From Spirochaetales bacterium (GTDB lineage: Bacteria > Spirochaetota > Spirochaetia > JABEVK01), in assembly GCA_037142615.1 (NCBI GenBank), contig JBAXAI010000008.1, positions 69,799 through 133,798 on the forward strand: DNA of 64,000 nucleotides. The letters run 5' to 3'. The translations under genes were made by a program, and so were the position numbers. The notes beneath the pieces were generated by a model, which worked only from the letters and a program-made list of their open reading frames with translations, ran no database searches and was not told where the DNA came from. Shown one piece after another: positions 37,781 to 48,585 of this stretch (position 1 is its first letter; every line of letters begins with the position of its first letter).

Positions 37781-38203
37781 TTACCGTCTCAACACGATGT
37801 TGATCTGGTTGTATTCGTTGGCCGCGGCCTGGGCCATCAGGGTGTACATCATCTGATTCTGCTGGGCGCTCATCAGCTCTTCTTCGAGGTCGACGTTGTT
37901 GCCGTTGCTCTTGCTTTGCGTCAGGTAGTCGAGCACCCGGGTCGGCCCAACGCTCTTCCAGTCGGTCGGGGTGTCGAAACTCATGTGGCGAGGGTCGCTC
38001 ACTTCGGCCTGCAGGTCGGGCGAGACCTTTTCGGCGTCGAGGGCCTTTTTCAGGCTGGCCTCGAAGTTGACCGTGGTGCGCTTGAAGTTCGGCGTGTCGG
38101 CGTTGGCGATGTTGTTCGAGATGACTTCGCGGCGCAACGAAGAGACATCGAGGCTGCGCTGGAGGACGGCGACGGTCTTGCCAAAGCTGGTGTTTTCAAA
38201 CAT
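37781..38203 (-). CDS. flgB: Basal-body rod protein FlgB
   Basis: ISNNIANADTPNFK and NGNNVDLEEE motifs. Confidence 0.96.
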   Translation of the reverse strand: MFENTSFGKTVAVLQRSLDVSSLRREVISNNIANADTPNFKRTTVNFEASLKKALDAEKVSPDLQAEVSDPRHMSFDTPTDWKSVGPTRVLDYLTQSKSNGNNVDLEEELMSAQQNQMMYTLMAQAAANEYNQINIVLRR

Positions 38204-38398
38204 GAAGGGTCTCCCTGTTCCTGTTTATCGGCTGAGTCGACAAAATATTGACATCCGGTTGCCAGCGGGGCCGCACCGCGTCGAGCGAGAGCTGCCCGAG
38301 CACGGCTTCGAGCACCTCGTGGGCGTCGATGGGCGGCACCGGCGTGGGGAACTGCGATGCCACCGGGGAGGTTTTCCCCGTGGGGTCAAAGGAACTGT

Positions 38399-38402
<4 letters not shown>
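38196..38402 (-). CDS. Possible small protein (68 aa) between hslU and flgB
   Basis: ATG overlaps the hslU stop (ATGA); strongly GC3-biased codons over the first ~50 codons. Confidence 0.35.
38225..38251 (-). promoter_or_regulatory. sigma28 promoter of the flgB operon
   Basis: TCAA-N15-GCCGATAA (38251-38225), about 20 nt upstream of the flgB ATG. Confidence 0.8.
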
Positions 38403-39747
<1,345 letters not shown>

Positions 39748-39751
<4 letters not shown>

Positions 39752-40290
39752 TCGGTCACCTCCAGGGTGAGGTTGCCGTTGGTGTAGATGCAGATGTCAC
39801 CCGCGATGCGCAGCGACTTTTCGGCGATCTCGGGAGCACTGAGCTCGGTGGCCTGCAAGAAGGCCCTGGCTGCGGCGTAAGCGTAGCTTCCGCCTGAACC
39901 GATGGCGATGCAGTCTTCCTGTGGCTCGATGACGTCGCCGTTGCCCGACAGCAGATACAGGCCTTCCTTGTCGGCAACCAGCATCATGGCTTCGAGCTTG
40001 CGGAGGATCTTGTCGTTGCGCCAGTCCTTGGCCAGTTCGACAGCGGCTCGGCGCAGGTCGTTCGGGTACTGCCCCAGCTTGACCTCAAACCGCTCCAGGA
40101 GCGTGAAGGCGTCGGCCGTGGAACCGGCAAACCCGGCCAGAACCCGCCCGCCGGCGATGCGGCGCACTTTTTTGGCATTGCCCTTGAGGACAGTGGTGCC
40201 CAAAGTCACCTGGCCGTCGCCGCAGAGGGCGGTGACCCCATTTCGCCGCACGGCCAGAATCGTGGTTCCGTGCATCGTGATTTCGCTCAT
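39748..40290 (-). CDS. hslV: ATP-dependent protease peptidase subunit HslV
   Basis: [16 protein letters not shown] and IGSGGSYA motifs. Confidence 0.97.
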
Positions 40291-40321
40291 CGTAACTCCC
40301 TTAGCTGTGCGGGCGCATGGC

Positions 40322-41200
40322 TCATCCGTGCGGATGGGCGATTCGCACCACGTCTTTCAAACGGTCGAGACTCAGGTGCGTGTACACCTGCGTCGTTTCA
40401 AGGCGGCTGTGCCCCAACAGTTCCTGCACCACGCGCACGTCCATGCCTTCGCTCGACAGGTGGGTGGCAAACGTGTGGCGCAGCGTGTGCGGACTGGCAT
40501 GCTTGGTCAAACCCGAGCGCGCCACGGCGTGATTCACAATCTTTTGCACGCCTCGGACGCCCAACCCCTGCCCGCGGGCATTCAAGAACAGGAGGCTGGC
40601 GGCTTGGGCATCACAACGGTCGAGGCGGGTTTCGCGCTGCGGGAGGTATTCCTTCAGGGCAACCCGCGCCGAAGCCGTCAGGAACACGGTACGGGTCTTG
40701 TTTCCCTTGCCGGTCACCACGAGGCGATCCTGGCCTGCGCTGACCTGGTCAAAGCGGACGAACACAACTTCGGAGACCCGGCAACCGGTGCTGTACAACA
40801 GTTCCAACAGCAACCGGTCGCGGGTTCCTTGGAAACCGCCGCTGCTACCCGCCAGCAAGGTATGCATTTCTCCTTCAAACAAGAACACAGGAAGGTGGCG
40901 AGGTCGCTTGAGGCTCCGGATGCCGGCGAAAGGATGGCTGAAGGCCTGACCCGTGCGCAGCAGGTAGCGGTAGAAGCCCCGGAGGCAACTGAGCACGCGG
41001 TTGACGCTGGCCGCCGACAGTCCTTGCTTGCCCAGGTCGCGAAGAAACTCGCCGGCCAGGGCGGGCGAGGCCTCGGCCAAAAGGCTCTTGCGGGCAGCCA
41101 GAAACTCTTCCCAGGCATCGAGGTCGCGGCGGTAGGCCAGGCGTGTATGTTCCGAGAGTCCTCGCACGGCTTCGAGATAGTCCAGATACTCTTGTTTCAT
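40322..41200 (-). CDS. xerC: Tyrosine recombinase XerC-like
   Basis: [27 protein letters not shown] and LGH..TTQVY; full catalytic set present. Confidence 0.85.
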   Translation of the reverse strand: MKQEYLDYLEAVRGLSEHTRLAYRRDLDAWEEFLAARKSLLAEASPALAGEFLRDLGKQGLSAASVNRVLSCLRGFYRYLLRTGQAFSHPFAGIRSLKRPRHLPVFLFEGEMHTLLAGSSGGFQGTRDRLLLELLYSTGCRVSEVVFVRFDQVSAGQDRLVVTGKGNKTRTVFLTASARVALKEYLPQRETRLDRCDAQAASLLFLNARGQGLGVRGVQKIVNHAVARSGLTKHASPHTLRHTFATHLSSEGMDVRVVQELLGHSRLETTQVYTHLSLDRLKDVVRIAHPHG

Positions 41201-42105
41201 GCGAACCCCTCAAACCAGACTTGTTCCCCGGCCCGACCGGCCGTCTCGCTGTTCCAAACCTCTTCCAACCCCGCCGCATTCTCGAGGACCGGGGCGCCCT
41301 GCCGCGCCAGCTCGCGGGTACCTGCCCCGCGTTCGCCGTCGAGACCAGCCCGGTGCACCACCACGTCGCGCCCTTGGTCGAGCGCAAAGTCAGCCGTGAT
41401 CAGCGCCCCGGACTTCGCGGGCGCCTGCACCACCATCACCGACCGGCACAGCCCGCTGATCAGGCGGTTGCGGGCCACAAACCGGTAGGCCAGCGCCGGT
41501 TCGCCCGGGCCGTACTCGCTCACCAGGGCTCCCTCGGCCGCCAAGATCCGGCCGGCCAGCCGTCGGTTCGACTCCGGTGACACGGTGTCGATCCCAATTC
41601 CCAGCACCGCCACCGTCACACCACCGTCAAGGGCGCCCCAATGCGCGCAGGCATCGATTCCCCGCGCCAAGCCGCTCACCACCACCGCCCCCGTCTGCGC
41701 CAACTCGCGACCAAAGTCGGTCGCGGCTCTTTTGGCCGGTTCGCTGGGGCTCCGTGTCCCCACCACCGCCACCCGCAAACCCTCCTGCCAGCGCCCCCGA
41801 CCCCACAGCAGCCACGGCGGGTCGGGCAACTCGTCGAGCACGGCCGGGAACTCCGCGGTGCCCCGCTGCAGAATCCAGCTCCCGGGCCGGTCCAAGAACC
41901 GCAGGTCGCCGGCCACCCTTCGGGCCACTTCCTGCGGGTCCCAACGCCCCCGTACGACCCGCCCCAGCCAATGCTGCAGGTCCAGCGGTCCGATCTTCTT
42001 CCAGTCCCACGGGCCCTCGAGCCGCTCCAGAACCAGATCTTTTTCGTCGGCGTGGAGAAACTCCAGCCGGTTGATGAGGAGCCTGAGCTCCAATTGGTCA
42101 TCCAT
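41197..42105 (-). CDS. dprA: DNA-processing protein DprA/Smf
   Basis: VAVVGTR, VSGLARGIDA, RNRLISGL and SGALITA motifs. Confidence 0.94.
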   Translation of the reverse strand: MDDQLELRLLINRLEFLHADEKDLVLERLEGPWDWKKIGPLDLQHWLGRVVRGRWDPQEVARRVAGDLRFLDRPGSWILQRGTAEFPAVLDELPDPPWLLWGRGRWQEGLRVAVVGTRSPSEPAKRAATDFGRELAQTGAVVVSGLARGIDACAHWGALDGGVTVAVLGIGIDTVSPESNRRLAGRILAAEGALVSEYGPGEPALAYRFVARNRLISGLCRSVMVVQAPAKSGALITADFALDQGRDVVVHRAGLDGERGAGTRELARQGAPVLENAAGLEEVWNSETAGRAGEQVWFEGFA

Positions 42106-42131
42106 GACCGAACAAACACGGGTTTGTGCGG

Positions 42132-43031
42132 CTATGCTTGCGACAAACGCTCCCTCGGATGGAACTTCCGGTGCTGGCGGCTCAATTCCCCTTGATCGAC
42201 ATGGGTGTAGATCTGCGTCGTGTTGATGCTCACGTGGCCCAGCAGTTCCTGAACCGAGCGCAGGTCGGCGCCTCCGGCCAGCAAGTGCGTGGCGAAGGAG
42301 TGGCGCAACGTGTGCACCTTTCCTTCCAGCCCGGCCTTCACGGCGTACACCTTGAAGTTCTTCCAGATGCCCTTGCGTCCCAGCTCGTCGCCCCGAAAGT
42401 TCAGAAAGACCGCGACCAGCCGTTTGTCCTTGAGCAGCCGGGGACGGGCTTCCTCGAGGTAGCGCGCCAACCAGCGCAGAGCCTGCGAACCAAGGGGCAC
42501 AAAGCGGTCCTTGTCGCCTTTGCCCGTGACCCGCACCACACCCTCGGCGAGATACAAACGGTCGAGGGTGAGCCCGGTGGCCTCGCTGACCCGGAGCCCT
42601 GCCGAGTAGATCAGCTCAAACAAGGTGCGGTCGCGAAGTCCCTCGGGCGTGTCCAGAGGAATCGCAGCCAACAGTTGCTCCACCTCGCCCAGGCTGAACA
42701 CTTCCGGGGTAGAAGGGAGAAGTTTGGGCGATTCAACGAGGTCCATGGGGTTGTCGGCCCGGACCTGACGGAACTGCAAGAACTCGAACCAGTTTCGCAG
42801 GATGCTCAGAATGCGGGCGCTGGTCCGGGGACCTGCGCCACCGTCGCGACGCTCACCCAGGTAAACGATGACCTGAGGATGCCCGAGGGTCAGCCAGTCC
42901 CAGCCTTGCCGGCCGCGTACCGCCTCGAGGTTGGTCGTCTCGCGCAGGTATTCCTCGACGGTCCGGGCGGAAAGGCCCAACTGAAAGCGGAGGTAGGTCT
43001 CGTAAGCGGTGAGCAGCGCCGTTTGTTCCAC
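42132..43031 (-). CDS. xerD: Tyrosine recombinase XerD-like
   Basis: YSAGLRVSE, HTLRHSFATHLL and GADLRSVQELLGH..TTQIYTHV motifs. Confidence 0.88.
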   Translation of the reverse strand: MEQTALLTAYETYLRFQLGLSARTVEEYLRETTNLEAVRGRQGWDWLTLGHPQVIVYLGERRDGGAGPRTSARILSILRNWFEFLQFRQVRADNPMDLVESPKLLPSTPEVFSLGEVEQLLAAIPLDTPEGLRDRTLFELIYSAGLRVSEATGLTLDRLYLAEGVVRVTGKGDKDRFVPLGSQALRWLARYLEEARPRLLKDKRLVAVFLNFRGDELGRKGIWKNFKVYAVKAGLEGKVHTLRHSFATHLLAGGADLRSVQELLGHVSINTTQIYTHVDQGELSRQHRKFHPRERLSQA

Positions 43032-44249
43032 TCAGTTCCCCTGACTGTAGGCATGCCCCTGACGCAAAATGGTCGGGATATCCAGGTCGGATTGCTCCAT
43101 GCCGCCGGCCACCAACGAAGGGGAACGGGGCTGAGGGCGGACGGAAGCACGCAGGAAGTTATCGGTACGCGCTGAGGCAGCGGTTGCCTCGCTGCGCGCG
43201 GCCGAGCCAAAAAGGTCACCAGGTACTTCCCTCGCGCGGGGGGCGTAGTTGCTCGAGCTCGCCGCGGCCACCAGTTCTTCTTCCGCGTTCGGGAAGCCGG
43301 CGGCAATCACCGTGACGCAGATTTCGTCGCGGAAATTGTCGTTCAGGGAGTAACCGTACTTGATGATGGCGTCGGGGTGGGTGTTCTCGGTGACGATGTC
43401 CATGATCTCGCCGAGTTCGGTCATCGAGAAGTCGGGGCTGGCGATCACCGAAACCAGGATTCCCTGGGCGCCGTCGATCTTCACGTCTTCCAAGAGCGGA
43501 TTCTGGATCGACAGGGTGGCGGCATCGATGGCCCGGTTTTCGCCGGTGCCCCGACCAATGCCCATGAGCACCACGCCGCGTCCCTCCATCACCGTCTTCA
43601 CGTCGCCGAAGTCCACGTTGATGGCACCTTCCACGGTGATGATTTCCGAAATCCCCTGCACGCCCATGCGAAGCACGTCGTCGGCCTTCAGGAACGCTTC
43701 GTTGATCGGCGCGTGTGCCCCAGCCAAGTTCAGCAGTTTGTCGTTGGGAATGCTGATGATGGCATCGACCGACTTCATGAGCTTTTCGATGCCTTCGAGG
43801 GCCAGCTTCTTCTTTCGGCCGCCTTCGAACCCAAAAGGCCGGGTCACGACGGCCACCGTGAGCGCACCGAGTTCCTTGGCGACGCGGGCAACCACGGGAG
43901 CAGCACCGGTTCCCGTCCCGCCGCCCATACCAGCGGTCACGAACACCATGTCGGCGCCTAGAAGGCAGGCTTTGATCGACTCTTTGTCTTCCTCGGCCGC
44001 AGCAGCACCTACGTCGGGTTTACCCCCGGCGCCCAGGCCCTTGGTCACGTTGCGGCCGAGCGCGATCTTCACCGGAGCCAGGCACTTCCCCAAGGCCTGA
44101 CTGTCAGTATTGGCCGCCAGGAAGTCGACGTCCTTGATGCCGGACTCGATCATCCGGTTGACCGCGTTGCTGCCGCCACCACCCACGCCGATGACCTTGA
44201 TCACCGTACGTCGCTGCGGCTCTTCGTCCACTATCGTAAAATCGCTCAT
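43032..44249 (-). CDS. ftsZ: Cell division GTPase FtsZ
   Basis: GGGTGTG and C-terminal DLDIPTILR. Start reset to ATG 44249. Confidence 0.97.
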   Translation of the reverse strand: MSDFTIVDEEPQRRTVIKVIGVGGGGSNAVNRMIESGIKDVDFLAANTDSQALGKCLAPVKIALGRNVTKGLGAGGKPDVGAAAAEEDKESIKACLLGADMVFVTAGMGGGTGTGAAPVVARVAKELGALTVAVVTRPFGFEGGRKKKLALEGIEKLMKSVDAIISIPNDKLLNLAGAHAPINEAFLKADDVLRMGVQGISEIITVEGAINVDFGDVKTVMEGRGVVLMGIGRGTGENRAIDAATLSIQNPLLEDVKIDGAQGILVSVIASPDFSMTELGEIMDIVTENTHPDAIIKYGYSLNDNFRDEICVTVIAAGFPNAEEELVAAASSSNYAPRAREVPGDLFGSAARSEATAASARTDNFLRASVRPQPRSPSLVAGGMEQSDLDIPTILRQGHAYSQGN

Positions 44250-44277
44250 CTTCCCCTCCCCAGATGGAAAAATCACT

Positions 44278-45606
44278 CTAGATAAAGTTCTTCTTGATGA
44301 AGTCCCAGACTTTCGCCCAAACTCCGCTCGAGCCCGAAGGTTTGGGAACCGGTCGAGAAGCCTGCCTTGGCGCCGGACGGTCAGCCGAAGCCGACCGGGG
44401 CGCCGGTATCTCCGTTCCAGCGACATAGGGGCGCTGGTCTTCCGGGACCCGGTCGTAGGCCCACTTCACCAGACCCACGCACGCGGTGTACTCCGGGCGC
44501 TGCCACTGATCGCCCAACCCGGTGATCATCGAGGGGACTCCCATGCGTGCCGTCTTGCCGAACACCTCGCCGGCCAACTCGACCAGCCCTTCCAGATGAG
44601 CCCCGCCTCCGGTGACGACGATTCCCGCGCCCAGCTGATCAAGCAAGCCCGTGCGCTGCACATCACGCAGCACCTGCTCCAGGATTTCGCGGATCCGGGC
44701 CTGGATGATGCGGCCGAGTTCGCTGCGGCGCAGGGCAAAGGCCGGCCGCGCACCCACTTCACGCACCACCACCTCGTCGTCGCTGGTCAGGCCCTTGAGC
44801 CAGGTGTGGCCCGACTCGACCTTGAGGCGCTCGGCCTCGGTCTCGGGAATCTGCAGCACATGCGCGATGTCCTTGGTGACCCGCTCGCTCCCCAGGCTGT
44901 AGACCTTGCTGAAATGCGGCGCCCCCTCATGGAACAAGACCACATCGGTCGTTCCGGCCCCCAGGTCGATGAGCAGAACGCCGACCTGCTTTTCTTCTTC
45001 GTTGAGCACGGCCAGCGTCGAGGCCAAGGTGTCGAGCACGATCTCCTCGACTTCGAGCCCGGCGCCGTTGAGGCCCTGCACCAGATTACTGCTCACCGCA
45101 CGGCTGCTGGTGATGATGTGCACTTCTGCCTCAAGGCGGATGCCCATCATCTCCAGCGGATCGCGGAGCTTGCGCACATCGTCCACAATGTATTCCTGGG
45201 GAAGGACATGGATGATTTCCCGGTCCATGGGGATCAGCACGGCCTTCGCCGCGTCGATCACCCTCTCGACGTCGCGAGGACCGATTTCGGCCTGAGCAGA
45301 CACAGCCACTACCCCCCGGGAATTGAGCCCGTCGACGCTTCCTCCCGCCAAGCCGGCCGTTACCCGCCGAACGCGGAACTCCGGTTTGGGCGTCTCGCCG
45401 GAAGCCGAAGCCTCGGCCTGGGCCACCGCCGCCTGTATGCACTTGACCGCCGCCCGGATATTCACAATGTGCCCCGAACGGACGCCCTCGGAAGGGACTT
45501 CGCCAACCCCGAGGATGCGGAAGCCATTTTCATCGCGGCCGCCGAGCATGCAGACCGTCTTGGAGGTTCCCAGATCCAAACCCACCACCATGTTGTCCAC
45601 TTTCAA
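44278..45606 (-). CDS. ftsA: Cell division protein FtsA
   Basis: GLDLGTSK, IDLGAGTT and EAERLK motifs. Confidence 0.95.
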   Translation of the reverse strand: MKVDNMVVGLDLGTSKTVCMLGGRDENGFRILGVGEVPSEGVRSGHIVNIRAAVKCIQAAVAQAEASASGETPKPEFRVRRVTAGLAGGSVDGLNSRGVVAVSAQAEIGPRDVERVIDAAKAVLIPMDREIIHVLPQEYIVDDVRKLRDPLEMMGIRLEAEVHIITSSRAVSSNLVQGLNGAGLEVEEIVLDTLASTLAVLNEEEKQVGVLLIDLGAGTTDVVLFHEGAPHFSKVYSLGSERVTKDIAHVLQIPETEAERLKVESGHTWLKGLTSDDEVVVREVGARPAFALRRSELGRIIQARIREILEQVLRDVQRTGLLDQLGAGIVVTGGGAHLEGLVELAGEVFGKTARMGVPSMITGLGDQWQRPEYTACVGLVKWAYDRVPEDQRPYVAGTEIPAPRSASADRPAPRQASRPVPKPSGSSGVWAKVWDFIKKNFI

Positions 45607-46379
45607 CTCTCCCTCGGACGCAGGACAACGGGAGTCGCCCTGAAATCGATCTCTTTGGTCTTGGCCGTCCAGCCCTGCTTCCTGACCAGGTCAAGGAGCA
45701 CGAACATCTGCTGGAGCACCTGGGCATTCCACTGGTCCCCCAGCAAAATCCGCACAGGAGTGTGCTGCGGGTACACCACAACGTCGTAGGAACCCCGGTC
45801 ATTTTTCTTCACATCCAATTCGCTGATCAGCGAATAGAGGGCAGGAGAGTGCTCGCGCAGGTCTTCCAGTTGGGTCAAAAGGGGTACCAGCGCTGCTGGC
45901 AGCTTGACCCCCGGCTCTTGGCTGGCCCAGGAAACTCCCGACAGAAGCGGCAGATCCCACCCCTGAGCCGAAGGGCTGGAATCCAAGACCACGCCCTCTT
46001 CATCCAGAGCCAGCACCGCGTTTCCCGCAAGGGCCAGAATCAGTGCTTGACGGGGTACCAACCCAATCGCAAGCCGGTCGGGAAAGGACTTGCTCACGAC
46101 CGCAGACTTGACCCAGGGCAAAGCTTCCAGCCTTTCCCGCAGGTCGGACTCGGTGATCGAAAAGTAGTACTCACGGTCGCGGAGTCCCAGCAGTTTGAGA
46201 AGTTCGGCGTCGCCCACGGGCTTGGCTCCCGTGATCTCGATCTTCTGCAGGCGAAGGTTGGGTGCTACCGCGAGGTGAAACAGCACTTCGAGAGTGAGCA
46301 CCGAGCCCAGAACAACCAGCACAACCCCCATAGCGGCGCGGCCCCGTTCTTTTGCCAGGTAGCCGGTGGCGACGTTCAT
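45603..46379 (-). CDS. ftsQ: Cell division protein FtsQ/DivIB
   Basis: TM helix, POTRA region LPWVKSAVVSKSFPD and C-terminal IDFR. Start reset to ATG 46379. Confidence 0.88.
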   Translation of the reverse strand: MNVATGYLAKERGRAAMGVVLVVLGSVLTLEVLFHLAVAPNLRLQKIEITGAKPVGDAELLKLLGLRDREYYFSITESDLRERLEALPWVKSAVVSKSFPDRLAIGLVPRQALILALAGNAVLALDEEGVVLDSSPSAQGWDLPLLSGVSWASQEPGVKLPAALVPLLTQLEDLREHSPALYSLISELDVKKNDRGSYDVVVYPQHTPVRILLGDQWNAQVLQQMFVLLDLVRKQGWTAKTKEIDFRATPVVLRPRES

Positions 46380-47503
46380 GAACGGATCCTCCGCGACAGA
46401 TTGAGCAGCAACCCGCCCATGAGCAGGCTGATCACGATAGAGGTTCCGCCGTAGCTGAAGAACGGCAGCGTGACGCCGGTGGCCGGAACCGCCCCGGAGA
46501 CGACTGCGAGGTTGATCAGCATCTGATACACCAGAAAGGTTGTGATGCCGATTCCGGTCATGCGCCCAAAGGTATCTTTCTGCGCCAGCGAGACTTGCCA
46601 GCCCTTCCAGGCCAGAAGGGCGAAGAGGCCGAACACGAGTGCGACGCCCCACAGACCAGTTTCTTCGGCGAGGGCGGCAACGATAAAGTCGTTGTAAACC
46701 TCGGGAACCCCACCGAGTTTGTGCACGCCTGCCCCCAAACCGACGCCCCAGAAGCCCCCGGCCTCGAGCGCCGAGCGGGCCGCCTGGATCTGGTAGCTGG
46801 CGCCTGAGGGGTCCCGGTCGGGCGAAAGGAAGGTCAGGATGCGTTCCAGGCGGTAAGGTGCCGAGAGGACACCGAGCACGCCCAGTCCGGCGGCGACGGC
46901 GACCACGACGAGGAAGTACTTCATCGGTACCTCGGCGAGGAAGAACATCACCAGGATGACGAGCAGCAGGAACATCGCCGTTGAGTAGTCGTTCTGCAAC
47001 AGGGTGAGGACGACGAACAGGAAACTCATCGCGAAGGGTGGCAGCAACGACTCGACCACGTTGTCAAGGCGCCCTTCTTTTTTGGCGAACATCGACGCGA
47101 GGTACAGCACCACGGTCAGCTTGGCGAGCTCAGACGGCTGAAAGCTCTGGCCGAACTTGATCATCCAGCGCCGGGCGCCATAGATTTCCTGAACATCCCA
47201 GATGGGCAGGAACACCGAGACCATCATGAGTCCGGTGACCAGAAGCAGCCAAGGGACGGCACGGCGCACCCAGTCAAGCGGAATCCGCGACAAGTACCAC
47301 GCGCCGGCAACGCCGAAGCCCTCGAGAATCACCTGTTTCTGCACAAAAAACCAAGGCGAATTGGCCAGAATCTCGCCCTTGAAGGCCGAAGCTGAAAACA
47401 GGACCACGAGCCCTAGACCGACCAGGAGGACCAGCGAAAGCAAGAGAAGGGTATCAGTCTTTTCGCGTCTCACCCCCTCGGGGGCGAATCCTGTGGTCAT
47501 CAT
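46376..47503 (-). CDS. ftsW: SEDS peptidoglycan polymerase FtsW
   Basis: GARRW, FQPSELAK and GVTLPFFSYGGTS motifs. Confidence 0.95.
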   Translation of the reverse strand: MMTTGFAPEGVRREKTDTLLLLSLVLLVGLGLVVLFSASAFKGEILANSPWFFVQKQVILEGFGVAGAWYLSRIPLDWVRRAVPWLLLVTGLMMVSVFLPIWDVQEIYGARRWMIKFGQSFQPSELAKLTVVLYLASMFAKKEGRLDNVVESLLPPFAMSFLFVVLTLLQNDYSTAMFLLLVILVMFFLAEVPMKYFLVVVAVAAGLGVLGVLSAPYRLERILTFLSPDRDPSGASYQIQAARSALEAGGFWGVGLGAGVHKLGGVPEVYNDFIVAALAEETGLWGVALVFGLFALLAWKGWQVSLAQKDTFGRMTGIGITTFLVYQMLINLAVVSGAVPATGVTLPFFSYGGTSIVISLLMGGLLLNLSRRIRS

Positions 47504-47508
47504 GGCTC

Positions 47509-48585
47509 CTACTGCAACTTCAACGTCGAAAGTCCGAGAATCGCAAACATGCCGCCGAGAATCCAGAACCGGGTCACCACCTTGGTTTCGGCCCAGCCGG
47601 AAAGCTCAAAGTGGTGGTGCAGCGGAGCCATCCGGAAGAACCGCTTTTTGGTACGCTTGTAATGGAACACCTGGATGATCACCGAGACGGTTTCCATGAC
47701 GAACACGCCCCCGAGAATGACCAGAAGTAGCTCCTTCTTCAGCAGAACAGCCACCAGACCGAAGACGCCCCCCAGAGCGAGCGAACCCGTGTCGCCCATG
47801 AACACCTCGGCAGGGTGCCCGTTGAACCACAGAAAGCCCACCGAAGCCCCCACGAGAGCCAAGCAGAAAACCGCGATCTCACCGCCCCAAGGGTTATAAG
47901 GAATCTGCAGATAGCTTGCGTAGTCGACTCGGCCCGACACGTAGGCGATCACCGCGAGGGCCAGGCCCACAAAGATCACCAACCCCGTTGCAAGGCCGTC
48001 GAGGCCATCGGTCAGGTTCACGGCGTTGGACCACCCGATCATCCAGAAGATGCCCAGAGCGATCGCTGCAGGACCCAAGTCCATCACAGGGTTCTTGAGA
48101 AACGGGACATACAGGCCGGTCTGGAACCCGGGCAAGAAGTAGAGCCACAACATGCAGGCCAGCGCCACGATGAATTGCCCGGCAAGTTTGGCCGTGCTGT
48201 TGAGTCCCTTGGAGTTCCGGGCGAGTACTTTGAGCAGGTCATCGGCCAGACCGAGCCCTCCGAAGCCGAGCAGCGCCAGCATCAGAATCCACGTCACGGG
48301 CGAGGTCAGATCCATCCAAAGCAGAGCCGCGCCGGTTACGCCGATAAGCATGAGAAGTCCGCCCATGGTTGGCGTGCCAGACTTCACCAGGTGCGACTGC
48401 GGCCCATCCTGACGGATGGACTGACCCGCCTTGAGTTCCTTGAGTTTGCGGATAAGCCAGGGGCCCAGCAAAAAGGCCAGCAAGAGCGCGGTCACCGCCG
48501 CGTACGCCGAGCGAACCGTGATGTACTTCAGGATATTGAGCAGAGACAAGTGCCCCACCAGGGGGTAAAGCAGGTTATAGAACAC
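47509..48585 (-). CDS. mraY: Phospho-MurNAc-pentapeptide transferase MraY
   Basis: KSGTPTMGG, NAVNLTDGLDGL, FMGDTGS and MAPLHHHFE motifs. Start GTG 48585. Confidence 0.96.
   Translation of the reverse strand: MFYNLLYPLVGHLSLLNILKYITVRSAYAAVTALLLAFLLGPWLIRKLKELKAGQSIRQDGPQSHLVKSGTPTMGGLLMLIGVTGAALLWMDLTSPVTWILMLALLGFGGLGLADDLLKVLARNSKGLNSTAKLAGQFIVALACMLWLYFLPGFQTGLYVPFLKNPVMDLGPAAIALGIFWMIGWSNAVNLTDGLDGLATGLVIFVGLALAVIAYVSGRVDYASYLQIPYNPWGGEIAVFCLALVGASVGFLWFNGHPAEVFMGDTGSLALGGVFGLVAVLLKKELLLVILGGVFVMETVSVIIQVFHYKRTKKRFFRMAPLHHHFELSGWAETKVVTRFWILGGMFAILGLSTLKLQ

Noticed and set aside
40322-43031. Two tyrosine recombinases as prophage or island integrases
   Set aside because: About 300-aa XerC/XerD-type proteins in the conserved ftsZ-dprA-hslVU context, with no att sites, tRNA or phage genes.
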